A stretch of DNA of 49,054 bases, taken from Octopus bimaculoides (Eukaryota). Of this stretch, positions 38,785-49,054 are shown one piece after another. Positions within the stretch are counted from its first letter, which is position 1, and each line of letters begins with the position of its first letter. A model generated the notes under the pieces. The model had not been told where the DNA came from. It did no database searches and saw nothing but the letters and a program-made list of their open reading frames with translations. Location: the NCBI RefSeq assembly GCF_001194135.2, contig NC_069002.1, positions 14,487,287 to 14,536,340 of the forward strand, read 5' to 3'. The position numbers and the translations under genes are program-made.

Positions 38785-39102
38785 ACGCTCACATACACAC
38801 TTTCTCTCTCTCGTTATGTTGTAGGCGGTCTTATGTCTAAAAAACATGCACACACATGTAGTTATATATCTGGATATGCATAATTAAATATTCACACACA
38901 CACACACACAACACATATATGTGTGTGTGTGCATGTGCATGTATGTGTGTGTATGTGTATGTATATATGTGTATTTATAGACCTACGTATCCACACATCT
39001 TTTAAATCATAAAAAGCCGCAAAAATAACATGAAATATAAGATATAGTAAAGAGAGAATAAAATAGCAAGAAATATATATTAATATCATTAAGAGTAGCC
39101 AG
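38187..39102. repeat. 139-bp near-identical direct duplication (38187-38325 vs 38964-39102)
   Basis: 3 mismatches, offset 777, no N-gap between the copies. Confidence 0.9.
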
Positions 39103-39459
39103 TGGCAAAATACATGGAAGAATAAAGACGAAGAAGTAATATTTGGGAATCCTTGCATTTTGTTCCTCAAAGCAACACCATCGTTTCAAAGACATAAAAT
39201 GATATAACTTGATGAGTATAAATGTATGTATATGTGTATGTGTGTGTGTTTGTGTGTATGTATATTCTTAGTTGATATTTTCATGGTCTAATGCAAGCTG
39301 CGAAAACCTGGAGGAATATGGTGAGCAAGGATTTATTTCTATATTTTCGCAGAACATAGCCGGTTGAAGTATAATTGAATCATATTTTCATGTGTAACTC
39401 TAATTTACTTCTGCTACCATGGTTTCTTTTTCTTTACTGTTTGTCAAATTTGTGGTTGT

Positions 39460-39490
<31 letters not shown>

Positions 39491-41562
39491 ATATAGATTA
39501 TATACCTTTTTCCCCCTGTTGGTCTTTCGTTGACAAGTTTTTCTTCTTAGGGCATTCTTAGCTATAATGATTCGATTTAGTGATTGATAGATTTTATTTA
39601 GAGATAATCATTTTACTCCATAACCTGTCTTTAAAACCAATTTGTCAATCACTCTGTCTTGTTTCTCTCTCTCTCCCTAGCCTTTCCACTTCACATATGT
39701 GTATGTGTTTGTGTGAGTGTACGTGTGTGTTGCTATCGTTCTTGTGTGCGTGATATGTGTGTGTGTGTGCGTGTGTTTTTATTGATATGTAACGTAAACA
39801 GAATTCCATTTCCAAACAAAAAATTCACTTAAATAGCTATTTGGTTGAGTCAACAAAATAACAGGAAAAATAACCTGTAATTGTGTGAATTGCACTCTTT
39901 GCATTTCCGAATGATCATTCAGTCATTTATGCCAGCTATCATTTAATCTATACCAGAAGAGTCTTTTCTGCAATTCAACAGGAGCAATTTAATCATAATT
40001 CAGCAGATCAAAATTAGGTTACATCGTTTGATTAGGATTAGAATATTCCAAAGGAATTTACGGATCTGGTCTTCCANNNNNNNNNNNNNNNNNNNNNNNN
40101 NNNNNNNNNNNNNNNNNNNNNNNNNNNNNNNNNNNNNNNNNNNNNNNNNNNNNNNNNNNNNNNNNNNNNNNNNNNNNNNNNNNNNNNNNNNNNNNNNNNN
40201 NNNNNNNNNNNNNNNNNNNNNNNNNNNNNNNNNNNNNNNNNNNNNNNNNNNNNNNNNNNNNNNNNNNNNTGTGTGTGTGTGTGTGTGTGTATGTGTGTGT
40301 GTGTGTGCAAAGCAAGCGCTACATAAGTGAGAGACCGAACCACAAAATGTTTTCAAATATTTTCTCAAGGAACTGTAATATCGATAACGAGAGAATTGTT
40401 GAACTCCTGTATACTTTTGAAAGTATGTTCTGTACATTTTATATAGCTTGTTGGCAAAGCGTTATGAGAGATATACGATGCAAGCTTTCGTCTTTTTACC
40501 TACGCATGGGGTTGTTCTTATCTCACAGTGTACTTGTTGACTTGCTGCTTCACACAACTGTTTGTTTTGTTCTCTGTTTACAGGATGTGTTATAGTCTTA
40601 TGAAGCACTTCCGCTCGAATGTTTGGATTCTTCGCTCGGTGTCAGCTGTAAGAGTCCATAAAGTATGGATTCCTTAAAGACGAATACCTATGTTTCTCAT
40701 GGATATCTATCTCACCATACAAGGCCAGAATTAAATCAGAAACCGACACATCTAGAATTTAACACGTGGCTACTAATATTAAAGATAATAAGTAACCTAA
40801 AGGTAAGAATTTCACTACAACAAATAAATCAGCCCGTGACTGCACAATTCTATTGAGGAAAATAGATTTTGGAGGTGTATGAAGGTCGCATATGGATTTA
40901 AACACCCTAGAAAGCTAATAAGAAATTAATGAAAACTCTAAAATAAAGAACATAAATTCAGTTAAAATGTATTACGGTTAATTTGGCTTTTATGTATTTC
41001 CCTGAAGAGAAGATTACATCTTTATCAACACGACTTATTCCTTTGGAAGGAACCATTTCTAATCTTCGAAACATATGTCGGAAATAAAAGAATTCATTTA
41101 ACATATGCGTATTACTCCATTTATAAAATTTTATATTTACTCAAATACCCCAAACTAACAGGGAGTTCCTACCTCATAAACAGGAGTTACACCACAGTCA
41201 TTTTGTGATCTTTGCTACCCTGGTATCTATTAACCAATTTATTTTGTTGGAGTTAATTATTAACCAAGAGAAAATAAATACATATAATCAAATATATATA
41301 TATGCACACTCACACATATAATTTTTTCAGTCTTATTTCAAGATTTCTTGCTAATGAGGAAAGATGCAGTTTCTAAGCTAGATCCAAGGTTCCTTTATTG
41401 GAATTTCAACATCAACAACGGTACTTTTGTATGTAGGTATGTATACGTGCTGATTTGTATGTTTCGTTTTATACATGTATGTATGTATGTATGTACGTAT
41501 ATATGTATTATTCATTTGCAATGCATTTTTCATATGTGTGTTTGATTGAATCATTCGATTAA

Positions 41563-41572
41563 TCTATCTATC

Positions 41573-41603
<31 letters not shown>

Positions 41604-41651
41604 CTATCCATCTATCTATCTATCTATCTAGATAGATAGATATATAGATAA

Positions 41652-41703
<52 letters not shown>
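41563..41703. repeat. Inverted GATA microsatellite: (TCTA)n joined head-on to (GATA)n
   Basis: Arms of ~67 and ~74 bp meet at tctaga (41627-41632). Confidence 0.92.
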
Positions 41704-42234
41704 GTGTTCAGCTGAACTACCTCCTCTATTACCCGTTAATCACTTTAGTTCCAGTACATTCATTATTGCTGATCGCCCCAACATTTAGTGAAACATTGCC
41801 GTCTTTATTTAACAAGTACGAAACACTTTACCTGTCTCAATTTAATAATAACATTGAGTTTGAATACAACCCTGTCATTACAGTAGTTGCAAATCTCACT
41901 TTGTAGCACTGAAGAGTCTTCTCTACATTTTACATTGTCTGCTAACAATGGTAATGATATTCTAATTAGGAAATATGTCAATATTGCTTGGAGTTTCTCC
42001 CAAGAGTTGCTCTACTAAATATCATCATATATATTTCATATTTCTATGATTAATTACACTAAACCGAATTTAATATTGGACTTCTTCTCTGTAAGATTTC
42101 GGCCATCTTAGAAACTTAAAAATTTATTACTTTCTTAGAAAAATATAAATTTTATGAGGACGAGTGGGTGGGAATGGGTGCGATTGTCTACTGCTCTATC
42201 ATGTTATATTTGTTACATATATGTATATGGCGAG

Positions 42235-42294
<60 letters not shown>

Positions 42295-42518
42295 GAAAAA
42301 GAGACAGAGAGAGAGAAAGGGAGAGGGAAAAAAGAGAGAGAGTATGTTTGTACGAGCGAGTATATATATACATATGTATGTGTATTTATATCTATCTATA
42401 TATATATATACACATATGCACATGCATATATGTGTCTGTGCGTGTACATATACATATATGCATATAGAAAGATTCGCACGGACACTCAGGTATAAAGATA
42501 TATGACCCTTTTTCTATG

Positions 42519-43046
42519 TTACCCTCTGCCCTAGACTGGACGATATAAAAGGACCTGAGAGGTAGACGTGCCTTTCCAGATTGGACAGTGATAATATCAC
42601 TTTGATCGGACATCTTCGTCTCCTGGAATCCCAAAGACAAACATCGTAGTCAAACTTACAGTGGCTTGGAAGGACATGTTAACTATTTAACACTAGTTAA
42701 AGAAATTGAAATATCAGGACTTAGTTGACGAATCCCTTGTCAAGGCACGGCATGCTGCATCATTCCTCGTTGAAGACGGTGGCCACGGTTTTCCAGCTCT
42801 CACGCTTAGTTGCTGCGATATTTCCTGCAGAAGATCGGTCTGGAACCCGGACAACTTAAGAAAGTCACCAAGGAAATAGGCACGCAATTGAAACTAGCAA
42901 GCTCAAGTTGGCTATGGTAAATGAGACTGCAAGATGGAACCTACCTTCCATAGGTAGAGACTGGTTCAGTCCTCGCTGCCCCACTCAGGTGAAGTGTACT
43001 GGCTAAGGGTCGAAACGCTTGTATCCCTGAGATACCTACTGATGAT
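42519..43046 (+). mobile_element. HERO-like (R2-superfamily, RLE) non-LTR retrotransposon, decayed 3' end
   Basis: With frameshifts: DWTI*KDLRGRRAFP..SL*SDI..W, KLTVAWKD..KKLKYQDLVDE..FLVEDGGHGFP, ..SSSWLW*MR; matches the HERO RLE pattern (DW..DL..FP..RPDI..ELTVPWE..KY.DL..PVEVGCRGF..WLW.KR); followed by a short 3'UTR ending actgatgat. Confidence 0.82.
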
Positions 43047-43145
43047 ATGAAAGTGTTTCCGGCACTGTGATGGGTTAAGAAGAGCTATGGTCTAGCATAG
43101 TTTGGTTTCTTTCTCAATTAAGACTGTCTGGCTTCCTATTCTCTA

Positions 43146-43514
43146 TCTCTTCGACATAATTTCAAAGTGAAAAGCAACTTCACATGTACTTCGGAGAACC
43201 TGATATACGCATTGACCTGCTCTGGGTGTCAAGAGCAGTACATAGGCCAAACGAAAAACAGCCTGCGTCAACGGATGGCTCTGCACAAATCCCAAATAAA
43301 AATTCCCCAAAACAGAAAAATAGCATTCAGCCAACACATCGATATTTGCGCCAATAATAAAAATCCAAGTTTCAGAATCTTTCTCCTCTATCAATTCAGA
43401 GACAATACAACCTACAGCCAAAGAATAAGTAAAGAATCTCTCTTCATCACAAAATACAGACCCCTTCTGAAAGCATCTACAACGAATGACATAACTACCA
43501 CGACCTTAGAATAA
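43146..43514 (+). mobile_element. Penelope-like element GIY-YIG endonuclease domain (5'-truncated, frame open)
   Basis: NFTCTSENLIYALTCSGCQEQYIGQTKNSLRQRMALH...KESLFITKYRPLL: LIY/YIG motifs, CxxC, conserved R and E; no upstream RT visible. Confidence 0.9.
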
Positions 43515-44062
43515 AACACACACACAAATATTAAAAATGATAAACTCCAAATAGATACGCAAGGAATTATAAAAAAAAAAAAAAAAAANNNNNNNNNNNN
43601 NNNNNNNNNNNNNNNNNNNNNNNNNNNNNNNNNNNNNNNNNNNNNNNNNNNNNNNNNNNNNNNNNNNNNNTACGATCACTCTTTCCTGCATTTTACTATT
43701 TCTCTCCCTCTCCCCATCCCTCATCTTCTCCGTCATCTTCTTCTTCCTTTCCACCACCCCTCCCTTACTTTAGTACTACTACTGCTGTCTAGAATAACAC
43801 CCACGCAAACATTATAAACAATACAGATCACTACGTCCATCAACAGGTCAATGTCAGGACACCCAACCAATTAACACTGATACTATCATAGCAGTCCTTC
43901 TTCGAACCCACAAGAGTTAACTAGTGAAACGGAGACAGGCAGAAACAAGAAAAATGCCGCTGTTACTTGAATACTATACAAATATGTCTTAAAAAAGACT
44001 TTTCTTTTAAATTTACCAAAATTAAATTTTTCAATAATTTTTCAAAAATTTATTATTCATAT

Positions 44063-44104
44063 TTACTGTTGAAAAGATCTCAAGGATCGAAACCGGTTCT
44101 GTAA
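44063..44104 (+). ncRNA. Minimal type-I hammerhead-ribozyme-like motif with a variant core, in the PLE 3' region
   Basis: ttactg / TTGAAAA / GATC-tcaag-GATC / GAAA / palindromic ACCGGT / t / ctgtaa; stem I has 5 of 6 pairs; lies ~550 bp downstream of the GIY-YIG ORF. Confidence 0.55.
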
Positions 44105-44149
44105 TGTTCTTTATAAAAGTATTTTAGCATTTTCTACTTTGTCTTTTTT

Positions 44150-44213
<64 letters not shown>

Positions 44214-44223
44214 ACATATACAT

Positions 44224-44628
44224 ACATATTCTTTTATTCTTTTACATGTTTCAGCTATTTGACTGTGGCCATACTGGATCACCGCCTTTTGTCGAACAAA
44301 TCGACCTCAGGATTTATTCTTGATAAGTCTAGTACTTATCGGTCTCTTTTGCGGAACCGCTAAGTTACGGGGACGTAAACACTCCAGCATCGGTTGTCAA
44401 GCGATAGTGTGGGGACAAACACAGACACACAAATACATACATGCCCCCCCACACACACACACGCACACATGCACATATACACACACACACATATACGACA
44501 GGCTTATTTCAGATTCCGCCTAGCAAATTCATTCACAAGCCTTTAGTCGGCTCGAGGTTGCCCAAGTTGTCACGCAGTGGAACTGAACCTGGAACCATAT
44601 GGTTGGGAAGCAAGCTTCTTACACCACA
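44224..44628 (-). mobile_element. SINE family A, diverged, with internal (CA)n
   Basis: Tail, right arm, microsatellite and head all recognisable; short deletion near 44550. Confidence 0.88.
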
Positions 44629-44682
44629 GTGTGCATGTGTTTGTTCATGTACATACATATATATATACACACACACACGCAT

Positions 44683-44725
<43 letters not shown>

Positions 44726-45556
44726 TATACTTTTATGCAACCAGACAATATGATAGACTAGCCTATTCGTCGGTAGGCTGAATACATCGACTACTTTATT
44801 TGATACAGTGAATAGTAAATAAAAATGAAGCACTATCGATCTGCATTGATTTCTCTTTGATATATATGTCTTTATTGATTTTATTGAAGATGCTGAGCCT
44901 TTGGCCCTAAGAAGCACTCTCCCTCCTGCCCACCCCCACTAACAATACGATGGAGGGCGGTGCATTTAACATTTAATTCTAACAGTTCTAAGCTGAATTT
45001 TATGCAAGTCGGCAGAAATGTGATTTAGTGACATTCATGGCTTTCTCGGTGCAATGTTTGGTTCGATTCAAGTAACACAACATGGCTGAAATGAACTGAA
45101 GCGCAAATAGATTCATAAATTCGAGCGTAGTTCGAAACCATGTCCACTGCTCGGCTGGCTCCTTTCTAGATACCACCGTTCGCTATAGTCGCGTGTTTGT
45201 CTGTTGACGCCAGACTTACAAACAATGAAATGTTTATGCCATGCATTGCTATATTTGGTTGACGAACGACTGAATTTCGCATTTCTATGTAAAGATGAAT
45301 TACTGAGTTTAAAACTAGTTCTTTTTTCTTTTACCCACCACCTAAGCGACATCAGATACTGTTCGTTTACATTCCGCCTACACGCTTCTTAAATAGCTCA
45401 ACCGGGATATTATTATATAATAATATAAAATATATTAATAACACCCAGCTTTGTGTATGTATGTATGTATGTATGTATGTATTTATGCATTCATGCATGT
45501 ATGTATGCATGTGTGTATATACATATACACACATACACACACACACACAAACCACA

Positions 45557-45607
<51 letters not shown>

Positions 45608-46084
45608 GCATACATATATGCATATGGTGTATAATCTATGTATGTATAATATATAAAGTAATTATGTGTTTAGCATATGTGTGTGTGTGCGTGTGTGTTT
45701 GTCTATGTGTGTTTATCTGTCTGTGTATTATATTATATTATATCAGTTGATGCGGTAAGTAAAATATCAATTCGGATTTACTTCATTAACAAATTGCCAA
45801 ACAATAACAAACAGACAGTAAGCAAAAATTAAAAAAAAAATGATAGAGATAAGAAAATGAAGAAAGGGAGAAACAGAGAGTGAGAGAGATGAAGTGAGAG
45901 AGAGGAAGGAGATAGGCTTTTCTATCTTTTGAGGCATTAAGAGAAAATGAGAGTGAGAGAGACGGAAGATAAAGTGAGTGAGAGTGTAACTGTAAGTGAT
46001 AGTGAGTGAAAGAGAGATATGGATTAAGAAAAAAAAACTGGAGGAACAGAGTTTCAAATGAAATGAGATATAGTATTTTGTTAC

Positions 46085-46220
46085 GAATATGCACGTTCTG
46101 AGTTCAATCCTGCCAAATTTAACTGCATTTTTATACTTTGTTTTAATTTGTTTCATTCTTTGGTAATCGATAACCAATAGATATATATTGAGGTCGATGT
46201 ACTCGATTAAAGAGTTACAG
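46085..46220 (+). mobile_element. Degenerate SINE family B
   Basis: cacgttctgagttcaatcctgcc..ggtaatcgataacc..gaggtcgatgtactcgatt. Confidence 0.55.
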
Positions 46221-46689
46221 GTAAAATGCTTTGAGCAGCGGGCCGCATGAGACATAGCTCGTCATCAGGCGAGCCGTATTACTAAAAATATTAGTTATGG
46301 TGTTTCAGAAAGTCCCGCGCACTGTAAATCCTGTCCCCTCTACATCCGGAGCCCTTGGGCCTATGTATCAAATCAGAAATAATCGAGTGATTCGTGGGTG
46401 AATCAGTAGAGCATTAGCAGAGTGGTGTTTAGTTAGATATTTTCATGTTTCGAACAGGAGTCAACGAATGAGACCAACACGGAAGAAAAAAACTAGCCCT
46501 ACAGACGCAATATGTGGACTAATGTTATTACTTTAAGGATAAATGCATAACTAACGAATGTATTGACCTGTTGACCTTCGTGGTTGACTATACTAGTTTC
46601 TAAGAGGAAAGATGGACTGAATGCACACGCATGCACACACACATACACACACGCATACACACATATATATATGTATATATATATATCAT

Positions 46690-46830
46690 TCTCTCTGTTA
46701 TTTCCTCGTATCCTTTCTGTTGAAGAGCGGAGCCTCGAAACGTAAAAGGCTTTCTCACCTTCCCGAGCGTCAAACTAATACACCTGTTTGTTATTTATAC
46801 ACCTGTCTTCGTCTTTTGTTTTTCTGTAAA
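46690..46830 (+). mobile_element. Penelope-like terminal fragment with a hammerhead-like motif (46712-46749)
   Basis: ccttt / CTGTTGA / a / GAG-cggagc-CTC / GAAA / CGTA / aaagg (perfect 5-bp stem I); downstream block shared with 18005-18030. Confidence 0.6.
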
Positions 46831-46840
46831 TTTCAACTAA

Positions 46841-46881
<41 letters not shown>

Positions 46882-46974
46882 ATATACTTAATATAACAAT
46901 GTATACATATATATTATATATATCGGATTAAGNNNNNNNNNNTAATATAACAATGTATACATATATATTATATA

Positions 46975-47431
46975 TATCAGATTAAGTCAAAAGTAAGCAA
47001 CGTTTTGGACCATGTAGAATTTGTACTGGATTGTTGCAGAGTTTTGAATTTTTTAAGACATTGTTTCGCAATTGTGTGATTTGCCCAAATGCATCAATAA
47101 ATTAACATTAATATTTTTTTCACTGTTGTTAAAATCATCTGAAATGGAACTGTCAAAGCACGATATTCGAGCAATTTTGCTATTCAGCTTCACAGATGGA
47201 CGTTAAGCAGCTGAAACTGCTCGCAATATAAACGAAACGTTTGGTGAAGAAATGACCAATGAGTGATCAGCTCGAAAATGGTTTAACCGATTTCGCAGTG
47301 GAGACCTGAGGCTTGATGATCGTGAGCGTAGTGGACGCCCAACTGTCGTCGATGACGGTCAATTAAAAACCGTCATTGAGAAAGATCCATGTAAAAACAC
47401 TCGGGAACTGGCACCTATTCTCAAGGTGTGA
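46975..47431 (+). mobile_element. Mariner (Hsmar1/cecropia-like) 5' remnant: TIR plus 95 decayed codons
   Basis: TIR-like tcagattaagtcaaaagtaagcaacgtttt; from 47144 MELSKHDIRAILLFSFTDGR*AAETARNINETFGEEMTNE*SARKWFNRFRSGDLRLDDRERSGRP..TRELA; two in-frame stops. Confidence 0.9.
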
Positions 47432-47508
47432 AGGGACAAACAGACACGCGCAAATATGCTTTCATAGGTAGATACATGCACTCACACAACAACACACAGA
47501 CACACGCA

Positions 47509-47553
<45 letters not shown>

Positions 47554-47770
47554 ATATCTATATATCTCTACATGCAACGGGCTTCCGCACAGTATCCGTC
47601 TACCAAAGTCATTCACACACGCACACTAAAACATTCCGTCCACCACAATAACTCACAAGGTATTGGTCAACGTAACGCAGTAGTAGAAGACATTTACCCA
47701 AGGAGAAGACATTTACTTGCAGGGGAATTGAACATGGTCCACGTGGTTACGAAGCGAACTCCTTAACTGT
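47432..47770 (-). mobile_element. Degenerate SINE family A truncating the mariner remnant
   Basis: ggacaaacagacac, (CA)n, acgggcttcc..ccgtctaccaaa, actcacaagg..gtagtagaagacattt. Confidence 0.7.
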
Positions 47771-47974
47771 ATGGACTCCCAACTCAAAATATTACAGATA
47801 CACGAATTACATCATTGGTCTATTGATTATTTTAATGATTGATTTATGGGCAAAGCAAAATGTATTGTGCGTGTGTTTAATGTCTAGTGAAACTGATATG
47901 TATACACAGCGACATGACTCTACCGAAGCGAAACCGTACACATCTGAAGATTTCTGATATATACACTAAATGAG

Positions 47975-48180
47975 GCGACGAGCAGGCAGTCGTTAGCGCA
48001 CCGAGTAAAATGCTTAGCGGCATTTCGTCCGTCTTTATGTTCTGAGTTCAACTTCTGCCGATATCGACTTTGCCTTTCATCCTTTCAGGGTTCATGTAAG
48101 TATCGGTTGAGTACAGGAATCGATGTAATCGATTAACTCCTCCCTTGAAATTGTAGCCATGTGCCAAACTTGAAACCAAC
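47975..48180 (+). mobile_element. SINE family B
   Basis: aggcgacgagc..aaatgcttagcggcatttcgtccgtctttatgttctgagttcaa..gactttgcctttcatcctttcagggt..gatgtaatcgatt. Confidence 0.88.
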
Positions 48181-49054
48181 ATATAGAATAAATATAAATG
48201 GTTGTAAATAATATAATTATTTGTTGTTTTTTTATGAGAACAGTACCGTTCTTAATGAGAAAATAAAATAAAAAATCGAAGCGGAACAAGTGGAAAATAA
48301 AGACGCCATTTTTCTGCTAAGAAACATAGAGGAAATAAAAATATATGTCAGCCATATTTAAAAAGGAAAATATTCAGAGAAAACGATTGGAGAAGGTTTA
48401 ATTCGGAGTAACTTTAATCCTTTCAAAATGGGATGCTGACAGAGGGCTTAAAGCTTTGCAAGTAATACGACCAAAGAATCGATAGATAAGCCATCGAAGC
48501 TCTGTTCATATATCCATAAAACATTCGAAATAAAGATGTAGGCATATCTTCGCTGCTTCCTGTTTGGGTGGTTATTAGATTTGTTGTATTTTTAATCGTA
48601 AAATATGTTTGGGTCATTGACTAAATAATCCGAACCAATTGTGCTGCTCTCAAATAACAGATTTAGAAAAAGTTAATACTGGTTGACGTAAAATATATAA
48701 TGGAGTTCTGAAAGTTCAGAAGCAAGCCCACACATCTACGCACTTAGACATATACATATAACCTCTCACAAACATATACACACGTACCCACACACGTGTA
48801 TATACGTAAATATGCATGAAAGTATGTTTATAGATAAGATTCAGTTAGACACGAACTTACGAATATATACAAATTATATATATATATAGTCTGCTGTTAA
48901 CTCAGTGCTTTCATGTGTGTATTTATGTATATATGTAAACACACAAACGTATATATACGTGTGTGCGTGTATGTATGTGTACGTGTATGTGTGTGTGAGT
49001 ATGTGCGTATATATATATATATATATATATTGAGTGTATATATATATATATATA

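Noticed and set aside
46236-46276. Minus-strand CTGATGA followed by a GAG/CTC hairpin
   Set aside because: No GAAA after stem II, so it is not a hammerhead

Overview
Eukaryotic, AT-rich, microsatellite-saturated draft sequence with many N-gaps. Its SINE/microsatellite landscape looks like an octopus (coleoid cephalopod) genome; this is an inference from repeat content and was not database-verified. No host protein-coding gene is confidently identifiable, and almost all ORFs in the track are microsatellite or N-gap artefacts. The window is intronic or intergenic. It holds about 25 tRNA-headed SINE copies from at least 4 modular families (labelled A-D here), three mariner remnants, a second Tc1/mariner-type MITE, an RTE LINE fragment, a HERO-like RLE retrotransposon 3' end, and a Penelope-like (PLE) GIY-YIG 3' end. 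The most interesting signal is a set of PLE-associated minimal hammerhead-ribozyme-like motifs with non-canonical cores (44063, 46712, 17965, possibly 20792). A few isolated exon-like segments are flagged at low confidence.
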